From Lingula anatina (taxonomy: Eukaryota > Animalia > Brachiopoda): DNA of 64,000 bases. Positions 1 through 10,587 of this stretch are shown in pieces. How positions within the stretch are numbered: position 1 is the stretch's first letter; each line of letters starts with the position of its first letter. The notes below the pieces were generated by a model. The model made no database searches. It was not told where the DNA came from and saw nothing but the letters and a program-made list of their open reading frames with translations. The stretch lies in contig CM120640.1 in assembly GCA_051362555.1 (NCBI GenBank), positions 9,734,001-9,798,000 on the forward strand, written 5' to 3'. Position numbers and translations under genes: made by a program.

Positions 1-168
1 CAACTCAGATTCATCAGTTGAGGAATAAGTAATTTGCTTTCTTGGTGTAGTTCAAAATTAATGAACAAAATAACCTGCTTGTAAAGTTAATGGAAAAGAA
101 TAATACACCAACAAAATTAAACAAACAGATGAATTATGGGCATTTTAAAGAAGTACGTTTTGCCTTAC

Positions 169-3100
169 AGGATGTCTAACTGGTCCTCCTGGGCCTGGCC
201 TTCCTCCCATACTCCTAGGGTCCCTGGGGTCTCTTGGATCTCCAGCGCCTCCAAGTGACCTGGGGTCCATTGCACCCCCTATGGACCGTGGATCTCTCAT
301 TTCTGGCCGTGCTGGACCAGGCCCCCCTGGACCCTGGGGTCGCATGCCTCTCTGATGCCCAACATCCATGCCACCAGGGCCTAACATAGAAAAGTAAAAA
401 AAAATTGATTAAGTCAATAAACAACTGTACAGCAAGATGGTTTTTGAGTCAGTAAAAATAACTTTCCTGAAAATATCAAACATTTTCATCTCAATACCAA
501 GTACGGCCTATTAAAGTAAGAGAAGCATGAGCCTGCTTATTATTTGCACAGCACAGTATATAAGGATATCTACCTGGGACACCCATGGGTCCTGGTCCAC
601 GTGATGGAATATCATGCATCCCCCTACCTGGGCCTGGCTGTGATACCTGTGGAATATTAAGACCTGCAAAAAAAAGATTTTCAATACTTAACTGGATGTG
701 ATAAGTTAGCAAGTTGAAGACAGACTACCCCCAAGTATCTTGCTCTTATTTCCTTTCCCTTTCTGACTTCTGAACTTTATGTGGCAACACCTCTCCCCTT
801 ACCTTGGCTGGCTACTGGAGCCATATTTCCCTGGCTGGTCACCATGTTCAGCAGACCCCCAGGCCCACCTGCAGAGAAAAAAAACCTTATTTTAGAACAG
901 AAATCAAAAGAGAATGAGAAAATTTGCAACAGATTTAACCAGAGGACCTCAATCCAAGAGATAAGGGCACAGGTCCTTGCAGTCAAGGAGGAGAAGCCGT
1001 AATAGTGACATTTATCCACTGATATGAAGCAGAGCTGAAGGATCTGTACGAGACAGGGCGGGACTAAAACCGTCAGTACTGCCAATGCTCACACTGGTGG
1101 AACCAATAATTATTCCAATTTTTTCAATTGGAAAATAGTGCATTTTCATTTCTTTTTCTTTCTTTTTCTTTTTTTTTTTGAGCATTTGCTTTAAGACTAG
1201 CGTCTTTCAAAGCATTAATCTGAAGTAATGAAGAGTCACAAAATAGCAGCATCTGATATTTTAGAGTGGTTCCAAAATACTTCAAAACAGCAGCAACACT
1301 AGATAATGTAGCAAATTACAAAAAAAAATTGCTTAGAATATTAAAGTCAGAAGACTGTTAAAAGGTATGCAGCCATTCTATTTTAGTCTACTTATATGTC
1401 CCCTACCTGCCAGTAAACCTGGTACTGAGCCTGGGACTTGTGATGGGGCAATGGACTGGGTTCCTAGGGGCACTGCGGTAGATGCCACTGGCTGGAAGAG
1501 TGTTCACAAAATTACTTAATTTATAATATAAAATTCACTGCTCACAATGTCTATTTGATATAAATTTTGGCTTCACATCTGCAGACCCCCCTTCAAATAA
1601 TCCTGGATCCGCCCCTGAGAATGCATGTAGAAATTATCTTAGCTGTGGCCAACAAATTTTTACAGTGTATTTTTAGCACTGTAACAAAATAGTGGTTGGT
1701 AAAAAAAATAAATAAATAACATTATAACATGTGGACATTATGATGTTCTTGTACTGTGGAAGTCTTGTGAATGGTCTTTTTTCATATGTGCTGAATGATC
1801 GGGTACCTGTGCAGGTTGTGCCTGGGATGCAGGCTGTCCTGGGACCACTGGTGGCACCTGGTGGGTTTCCCTGTGCAACATGGCCTTAAAAGAAATATTT
1901 TAGTTTCAATATTTTTCAAACTGCTGGAAATGCATTGACATAATAATACAAGCAGTTAATATTTCAAATGCAATGTGCATTGTAATGATATATCTAAACA
2001 GCTTAAATGTTAATTAATATAACTGATAAATTGATTCTTATTTTCATTGTAAGTGACCAAAAATAATCTATTATAGTAATTAGTGAAAAATAATATGTTG
2101 GCATGAGCCCTGTGTATTCATCTATGTTATTTTATTTTTGAGTTACCATAGCAACTTGAGGGTCGACAATTTTCATGACAATCTGAGCTTGGAGCAAAGC
2201 ATAGGCCAGCTGTGGGTTCTGTAGCAGCATGTTTCTTGCTTCGTTTGGATTGTTCTGGATGCACAACTGCAAAGATATAACAGATGTAATTTTAAAGACT
2301 TTATAAAACACATATATTTAATATTGCCATCCCTGGCTTTTAAAAGGTTTAATTTTGCTTTATAATGAAAAGGTTGTTCATCATTTTGGTTGAAACATGT
2401 ATAAGTGGTGTTTTCATTACTTAATCAATACAAAAAATAAAAATTAATCGAATAAATCATTACCACCATGGTGTATGTTTTAACCACCTCACCTTCATCT
2501 GTTTCATGAGCTCAAACATCTGCTCTGGAGGTAAACTAGCCACTGCTCTTGATATAGCCTCTGGTGCTTGATCTGGAGAAACGGGATCACCAAAGGGGCT
2601 CTGAAACATTAAGAAGGATAGTAAGGTAATAGTCAATCACAGGGAAGGCAGGACACACAGCAGCTGAACAAGAAAATGGAAAATAGTAGCTCTGGAATAG
2701 GACATAATTAGTACTAGTAATAGTAGGATTAGGACCCACAACAGCTGGAAGGATAATAGACTTGAAAACTGAATGAATTGTCTGTGGATAGAGAGATCCA
2801 AAAGCACTGGCCAAGAGGCTTTGGCACTCTAACTGTCCCCAGTGGTGTGAGAAGAGTAAATAAACCACAATCAACCAAGACTAAAATTATGAAAATACTA
2901 CAGTGCAAGATAACAAATACTGCTAACATATTACAGTGTTTGTGAATCTTTTTTACTAGTACTGAAATGAAAAAAATAAGTTATTCACAATGACACACTT
3001 ACCTCCACTGGTGCACCACCAAGAGCAAGCTGCATATCTTAAATAAAGAAATAATACTTTTCATTGTTTTTTCGATAAGCAAATTTATCATACAAAATGG

Positions 3101-5893
3101 ACTTCATCCATTATTTTACTTTATACTGATTTATTTAGATTAAAAAATAAATAAAATAGTAAGTTTCAGTACTGACATTTCTCATACTTCATTCGAATAG
3201 GCTCGAGCCTTCATTAGTGTCTTTCATATCACAAATTGTAACAAGGAATTCCACACTGCTTTACAGCTTTTTTTTTTCAAATCCATCTTACTTTTTAATT
3301 CATCTTTGCTAGTTTCTCCTGCAGCCACACCCACTCTGAGGGGTCTTCCGTTGAATTCTGTGTTATTCAGGTTACGCATGGCACTCTGCGCCGTCTCGGT
3401 GTCTTGATATTCACAGAAGCCATAACCTTTAGGTTTGCCTGTTTCTCTGTCATACACCAACCTGAAAATAAAATGTAATGCAATAACAGGTTTCTTTTAG
3501 TTACCACAATAACACTGAATATAAATGGAAATGATTGCAACAAGGATGGCTGATTGAATCTGAATTAGGTAGAGAGACTCAACAGCATTTACAAGGATAA
3601 AAATATTAAAAGAAAATTTTATTGGTTTGCACAATGACTTAAAAGAAATAACATATCCTGTGGTTGTCAAGCAGTGATTGGATATCCAGCATCTAGTTTT
3701 TTTTTTTCTTTCAATTCTCCAGTGATTGCCTAAAATGGTTTTCTAAGTTGTGGCTGATTAACAGATTTTTGCAAATAATATTTTAATCCACAAACCTTAT
3801 CAATTACAATTCACTATTAAGACATGAGGCAATCCTGACTAACATACCTAAAACTGACAACAGGTCCTGCCTGTATGAATATCTCTTTAAGTTGTTCTTC
3901 TGTAGCTTCATATGGAATGTTTCCCACTGTAAAAAAAAAACAAAAAAACAGGCAATATTCTAAATAACAATGACATTTGTTTCTCAAACATGTATCTCAG
4001 GTTTCATGATTACTGTACACTGAAAACCATTTACTGTAATCTAAAAAAAACTCTTATTTAAACAGTTTTGCTATGGTGGATCTGAAAATGTATTTCCAAA
4101 TAACCAATAACTCATATCACTTAATAGCAGAACTGAACTTGAATAAGATAAAGCCAAATGTAAATATAAACAACTTCTCACTGTACTCAAGATAGGTAGA
4201 TCACAATCCGCTAGGGGCGCTACAGTCGTAACTGTCCACGGGCAGTGAAGTGTAAAACTGAAGTCGGCCTGCTGACAGTTCGCCTATGGAACCCCTTTTT
4301 TAAATCTCTCTTTTAGCGCCGCGTAAAAAAACTAATACAAGCCATTAACTAAATAAGTTGTAAATCAAAGAGTAAAATCCGGTCACGTGATTTTCCCATG
4401 TTGCAGTCTTTGACAAGTTTCGGTTCTGCTTGTTTTAAGCTTTGCCTCTACAAAATGATAAAAAATTTCAGGTAAGTGCTGGTATCATCTTTTTGAAATT
4501 TATATCCAGCAAAGTTTATGAAATTTGCTATATTATGTACAAAAATCATGAAATTTGAAGGTTGCGAAGTATAGTTAATTTAATCCGCAATATTACATGA
4601 TGTGAAAATTACCACAGGGAAATAGCTTTGCCCTGATTAGTCACAGGCTATGTGAGCCAGACAATAGGCTGAGCACACAAAGACACACAGGGTGCGGTAC
4701 TTTTGTAGTTTACCCCCCCACCCTGTAACTTCCTGAAACTTTCATTTTTCAAACATTTTTTTACATTGTCTTTTTCACCTATGTCAAAACTGTTGAAATA
4801 AAATGTTTTTGTAATTACCTGTGGTCTTTTTATTAGTTTTAATCACGTTTAATCCACCCCATTGAAATACAATGTGAAAATTTACAATGTACCCGAAGTC
4901 AATAACTTGCCGCGTTTTCGTTGGCTAACTCTACCTTATTTTATGTGAACATAGGATTGATACATTGTATACTTGGACTTTCTCTGTGAAATTATTATGA
5001 GCTACTTGTTCACATAAAATTACCTTCGAGTTAGCCAACGAAAACGCGGCAAGTTATTGACTGCGGGTGTAAATTGAAGATTCTAACTTTGTATTTCAAT
5101 GGGCTGGATTAAACGTGATTAAAACAAATAAAAAGTCCACAGGTAATTACAAAAGCATTTTATTTCAACAGCTTTGACATACATGAACAAGAAAATGTAA
5201 AAAACTGTTTGAAAAGTGAAAGTTACAGAAAGTTACAGGGTGGGGGGGTATACTACAAAAGTACCCAGGGTGCTCTGCTGCGCCTGAGTGATCACTGCTG
5301 GTCAGTGGGCACAGGTTTTGAGCTGAGAATTGTGGACACTTTTGGTGGATTTTTGCAGTTAAAAAACTTCAATATCTTTGTTGCTTGTAGGAATATTTAA
5401 AAAATTCCAAATGATTTCATCCGGTTTTTGCATTACCTTTCAGATGATATAAGTATTTTAATTTTCTGATCAGTTTGAAAATTTTTCTGATATACCTACT
5501 CAAGACCTAGTTTGTAGAAGTGGAATTAAAACAATTTGATTGGGAGGCAGGCTATTTTCCTAACGAGATAATCAATAATATCACTAGTTAAGACAGGACC
5601 AGCGTCAAATAGGGTTTAAAAGCAAGACTATCAATACTCTGACTATAGTGTCGCTGCTGACTGTGTGTGCGACTCTGACACCTAAATACTGCAACACCGG
5701 TGTGTTCAACACTAACACTCGCCGGTGTCTCCAATGAAGAACAAACATATTCTGTGCAATCATGAAAATGGCATAAAACAAAGCCCCTAATAACACAATG
5801 TAAGAAAAAAGTTTACTTACCAAACACAGACCTCTGGGCCCTTTCTTGGGCCGTGAGAGGAGGCATTACATTCGAGTTCATTATGTTCGCCAT
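169..5893 (-). CDS. CSTF2: Cleavage stimulation factor 64-kDa subunit (CstF-64); 5' part, continues past the left window edge
   Basis: GT-AG exons: 5821-5893, 3848-3926, 3292-3461, 3003-3037, 2493-2600, 2147-2266, 1807-1884, 1407-1491, 803-868, 574-663, 169-380 (1116 nt, frame intact). [24 protein letters not shown]...[20 protein letters not shown]; hinge [53 protein letters not shown]; then a Pro/Gly-rich region with DPR repeats. Confidence 0.97.
1585..1617. mobile_element. Right-end fragment of the same MITE family as 22119-22384
   Basis: ACCCCCCTTCAAATAATCCTGGATCCGCCCCTG, nearly identical to the last 33 nt of the 22119-22384 element. Confidence 0.6.
4193..5498. mobile_element. Non-autonomous DNA transposon in CSTF2 intron 1 (host of a nested MITE)
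   Basis: Imperfect TIRs TAGGTAGATCACAA / TTCTGATATACCTA, flanked by an identical 7-bp CTCAAGA (4186-4192, 5499-5505). CpG-rich relative to the surrounding intron. Confidence 0.7.
4696..5265. mobile_element. Foldback MITE, Merlin-like (GGTAC termini, 8-bp TSD)
   Basis: About 255-bp imperfect inverted arms (GGTACTTTTGTAGTTTACCCCCCCACCCTGTAACT... / ...AGTTACAGGGTGGGGGGGTATACTACAAAAGTACC) around a short spacer. Perfect TSD CAGGGTGC at 4688-4695 and 5266-5273. Confidence 0.88.
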
Positions 5894-5973
5894 GCTTAAC
5901 CGAAACAACGCAATTTCTCCAGAATCCTCGCAGACTTTTTAGCTGTTGTCACGTGACATCAAACGAGACTAAA
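5894..5973. promoter_or_regulatory. Very compact bidirectional promoter between CSTF2 and a plus-strand gene
   Basis: Only 80 bp separate the CSTF2 ATG (5893) from a plus-strand ATG (5974). Palindromic E-box TGTCACGTGACA at 5947-5958, YY1-like AAAATGGCG at 5971-5979, and local CpG retention in an otherwise CpG-poor domain. Confidence 0.65.
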
Positions 5974-6054
5974 ATGGCGAGCAAGGCAGGGAGAGCTGGA
6001 TCAGAATGGATCAAGTATTTCTGCAGGTATACTAACTGTTTACTTGTTTTAAAC

Positions 6055-8079
6055 ATGTTGCAATTCTTACTAATTGCAGTTTTTTCTACTGCTACATCTG
6101 TGTTTGTGGAATGGAAGTATGACACGTATTTTTTATGTGCTTATCAAGAGTAAATTAAAGTTACGAGACACTTCACTTAGTAATCATTCGGTCTGAGGCC
6201 TAAAACTGTTGTATGTCCCGTTTCCAGGACATCTAATTTTACACTTTCCTCCTTTTTTAGTTGTTAATTGCATGACTTGAATTTAATCACTAAAGTCTTC
6301 AGAACTAGGTCAACATCGTTACGTAATGTACTTCAGTATTGTCACCTGGCCGCTGTCCCCTTAATTTTTTTTAAATATTTAGAAAGTTTTTTTTAAGTTA
6401 AAAAACATCTTCATCAATGCCACAGTAACAGTTACACTTGTTGTTAAATCATGTATATGCATGATGTGGTAACCAGTGATAATGATGCATGTAAGGTAAA
6501 TATTTTGCATTGTTTTCTTTTTTCCATGTCCTGTGTGCAGCACTGTAAGTACTGTCGCATCAAAATCTGTTTTCTTTATCACTTAATAGAAAGTGAGCGG
6601 AATGTCTGGAAATGTTCATAATCATAAGTCATGTTTTCTTTCTGATTATTAATAATACGTACCTCTTTAAAATGAAACTGCTATTTGCATTGAAAGTCTG
6701 AACAACATTGATTATATATTAGATTATAAACTGAATACTATAACTTTCAATACCTGTGTAATGTATATTCAATTGCAAATTATTTATTTCATTTAACACA
6801 AGCTGTGCAAATCTTGTGGCCTTATGTCCCACACGGGACGAAGAGCAATGATGATGATGATGATGTGCAAATCTTACATACCATTAGTCTTGTTTGTTAT
6901 GATTATGAAAAAGTGGGTATGACTATTAACCCCCCCTCCCCCTTTTCAGCATTTTTGGGGTCCAGTTGCCAACTGGGGGATTCCATTGGCAGCAATAGCA
7001 GATGTTGGTAGGACACCAGAAATTATAAGTGGGAAAATGACAACAGGTTTGAATTTTTTATTTTATTTTATTTATTTGTTTAATTTTTTTATCATGCATT
7101 TGCTCCAGCTGGATGCTATTGGGATTGAACAATAATTTTAATAAAAGGATTTAGAATGTGTCCTATAAGTGGAACAAAATTGTGATTCTGATTTGTTGAA
7201 ATATGAACTTTCTACAAAGGATTAAGAGTTTTTATTTCATTATATAAAAATATAGCATGTATATCATACTGGAAATGAAAAATTGGGATAATTTGCATTT
7301 TTATTTTATTTTTTAAAACAAAAGGGAAGAACTGTACCGTTTTAATTTTCCAGCTTTATTCATCTATTCTGCACTCTTCATGAGATTTGCTTGGAAGGTT
7401 CAACCAAGGAATTTGTTGTTATTTGCCTGCCACTTTACAAATGATTGTGCTCAGTTGACTCAGGGAGGCAGATTTATAAACTATCAGTAAGTTAACTATC
7501 CCACAACATGCTTTGTATTTCTACACTCAAATGATCTTCCCTAAAAGGTGGAGCCATAATGCACTAGATTATTTAACCACACTTGATTGTAATGATTTGC
7601 TCTATTTAATTGTTATTCCCTTCATTCCTAAATATAATCACATGAAGGTAATTACACAATCTTTTCAATGGGCAAAATTATCAAACTTTCAGACACATCA
7701 TTTTATAATCACAAAAATTTTATTTCTCTATGGCAATTGTGGTGCTTTTTATGCATAGCATAGAAGTATAACGAAACCGGTTTTACGATTTTGTTGCTAC
7801 TTCTCAATAGGCATGTTCTAATTTTTAAGAAATTATGACTTAAAAATATAGTATCTGTAAAATTTTCACCCATTGAAAAGTTCGAGTATTTATAATATGG
7901 CTATTGTTTTTTTTTTTTAATTCAATTGAAATTTGTGAAAAAAGTGGTTTTGATTTTATTATAGTTATATCATGACAGATGAAGAAAGAGAAGAATATCT
8001 GTTAAAATTACACCCAGAAAAGGAAAAGGTCAAGGAAGAAAAGGAAACAAGCAGCAATAAAGAAGACACTGGTGTATAA
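6055..8079 (+). CDS. Putative single-TM microprotein (61 aa; 88 aa from the in-frame ATG at 5974), weakly STMP1/C7orf73-like
   Basis: Exon 6055-6125 (AAAC-ATG, donor AC|GTATTT, phase 2) joins exon 7965-8079 (TTTTATTATAG| acceptor, phase 2). Product: [62 protein letters not shown] possible extra exon at 8702-8745 could be reached via G|GTGTAT. AATAAA at 10031. Confidence 0.55.
6816..6863 (+). mobile_element. 5'-truncated RTE-like LINE/SINE 3' end with (TGA)n tail
   Basis: GTGGCCTTATGTCCCACACGGGACGAAGAGCAA followed by (TGA)n, flanked by the 12-bp TSD TGTGCAAATCTT (6804-6815, 6864-6875). Confidence 0.75.
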
Positions 8080-8746
8080 CAGTTCCTTAGTTTTATATAG
8101 GCTACTGTTTTATGTGTAATTATGTAATGATATTAACAAACATGCATGTTTAACTTCAGTGGTGTGTTAAGTTTTATTTGTCATATTTATGTGTGCAAAT
8201 ATATATATGTTAAAACTTCAGATTTCTATAATTAAGAAGAGGGTCCACTTTCAGATTTGTTCACTTGTGATGATACAAAGTTGTGGTTTTAAGTTTTTGT
8301 GTCATAATATTTGTAAAAGTTAGACAGACGATTTTTAGGATTTTTATCATAAATAAAAGTATGAAGATCAAGTAAAAGCTCTAATGGTAAGACTTACATC
8401 CATGAAAAAAAGTATATTATAGTGGAACGTTGAACGTATGTTTTCATCCAAGAATAATTGTAAAATATGAATATGCCCATTGCAAAGAAAGATATTTGTG
8501 AAAGAAAAGAGGCGCAGTTTGCTAGCAAAACATTTTAATGAAACCCCTATCCCTGTCATGCATTTTTATAGCATTATTTTTTAGGGTAAAATCAGTTTTG
8601 GGTTATTATTCCCATCTCTGTTAAATTATTAAGGCTATTCTTTAAGGTGCTGTTAATTAGCTGAAGCAATTTATTTTTTAATGTATCTGTTTATTTTTTA
8701 GGCCAACATTCTGTTGAAACTTGGTACACAGTTGTTGAGATTTGAC

Positions 8747-8884
8747 CATGGTGAAAGTTTTTAGGAATGTCCCTGATTTCAGGATTTTTAGTCTTCATTT
8801 TTTTTTTTTTTTCTGATATGGTTTAAATGCGATTAGAGCAAGCTACTTATTAAGGATTTTCAGTTTTTTCAACTTTCACCTATG
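8747..8884. mobile_element. Small MITE-like element
   Basis: Terminal inverted repeats CATGGTGAAAGTT / AACTTTCACCTATG. No clear TSD. Confidence 0.4.
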
Positions 8885-10030
8885 GAATTTGACATGGTAG
8901 TAGCTGCATTTGTACTGCATATGCTAACAGACGTCCTAGTCTACTACCGATATATATTAACATAGTACTATATTAAGTAATAATATAAGATACAGCTGAA
9001 TATAACTTTTACGTAGCATTGTCTTTATAATTTGCATTTGAGCTGCTCATGCCACCTTTGTTTTTTTAACAAAGTTCAATTCAAGGTTTTCATTGTTTAT
9101 TCAAATATTTTTCTTTTCAAATGAGTCTGACAGGTAGGGTTTGTAACTGTTACTCACCTTGAATTGAAGAAAAATAGTTCGGGAAGAATGTTCCTAGTAG
9201 CTAGCATTTATTTGATTTGCAACAGGTAGTGCATTTTAATGTCATGCTGTGTAATACAGATCGGCAGTGGAAGTGTGAGCACATGCAGTGAAGAATCAAT
9301 TATCAGGGCAGGTAATGGATATGTGCTACACCAGATATATACATTGTAGGTCATTGGTGCTGTGCATGTTAGCTGTGATGTAGTGGGTGACTTTATTGTC
9401 ATGCTTGCAATTGGCATAATTTGACCTGAAATATACAGAGGTCACTGATGTAGGCAAGAAAGCCAGGTTGATCGATTTGCCAAGAAAAACATGGTTACGT
9501 AATCCTACGTAATCCATTGATGGTTTTGTTCACATTGATTTAAGTTAACGTGAACACACCTGTGAACATGGTCTGTAGTCATATAGCTATTTCTTTTTAA
9601 ATCTAGTTTGCTTGAAAATGGCATTTATTGTGAGCATTTTTAAAAACACTTTTGGGTTTGCTTTATTGATATTTTCTTAGTGCATGCTCTGGCTCCTGCC
9701 TAAAGCAGATATCTGTTTTCAGTTCTCTCTCCAACGGAATATGAAGTCACCATATTTTGATTGCTTGTATACATGTATGTACCAGTAAGTTTTGCATGAA
9801 GAGAAGGGGTTATATATATATGAAGTCAGCATTTCATTGAAATGGTGTTTACAGAGTCTTATATCTGTAACACCATTTCTTGCTTAAAGTCTTGTAAGTA
9901 ATGACTTAATCTTATTCAAGAAGATTGTCATTGGAAATAACTTGTCAAAGAGTTAAACTTACTTGATTGCATCAGGGAATTAATGTGATACATATGCATG
10001 TATGTATAACTTGTTTGTAAATATAGCAGC

Positions 10031-10057
10031 AATAAAAGTGTTAAACTCTGATTTATT
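10031..10057. terminator. Opposing polyadenylation signals of convergent genes
   Basis: AATAAA on + at 10031-10036 and AATAAA on - (TTTATT) at 10052-10057, between the plus-strand microprotein gene and CCDC83. Confidence 0.45.
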
Positions 10058-10587
10058 AAAAAAAATGAATTTGGTTCCAAGTGTTTAATGCTAATATGTA
10101 TACATGAATAAAAATACTGATGTGACGCATGCCATTTTTAGATGCAAAAAGTGCATAATGTTATCACATGGGTGGTTATGATATTTTTGGCATATTCTGA
10201 GTGTCAGTTTACATCTGCAGTAATTCCTTTTAATGTCATACAAAAATCTTGAATATTTCTGTGATCCTTCTGCAACTCTTGTAAACTGTCTCTTCTGTCT
10301 ACTTATAGGAAGCTTTTTTAGCTGCAGCATGGAAAGTGCTGCAAAACCTGAACAGAGTCACAGAATGCATGAACAGCTTTTATACCACAAATTTCTCCAA
10401 TTAAAAGAATACATGTATCACAGTGATGGTGCATTTTGCAGTTGGTACAATTTCTTCATTTGGAATATATAGGGATAGAGTCTTTTTCCAAAGTTTACTT
10501 TAAATTAAAAAAAAAAGGGTCATAATGCTGAATCTGAAATGACCGATATGACAGACAAATATGCAGGTTGGTCAATAAATTTGGCAG

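Noticed and set aside
5974-6026. SEWIKYF resemblance to the C19orf47 N-terminus
   Set aside because: No downstream SAM-like exons were found, and the match is too short.
6027-6079. Possible 53-nt intron (AG|GTATAC...TTGCAG|) in the plus-strand gene
   Set aside because: From ATG 5974, splicing it shifts the frame to an early stop. The unspliced frame matches the phase of the 7965 exon. It cannot be excluded as a minor event.
8260-8370. C-box GTGATGA suggesting a C/D snoRNA
   Set aside because: No D box (CTGA) or terminal stem at a suitable distance.
10091-10347. Minus-strand 79-aa ORF or alternative last exon of CCDC83
   Set aside because: It lies after a convincing stop codon and has no recognisable homology. 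Treated as 3' UTR.
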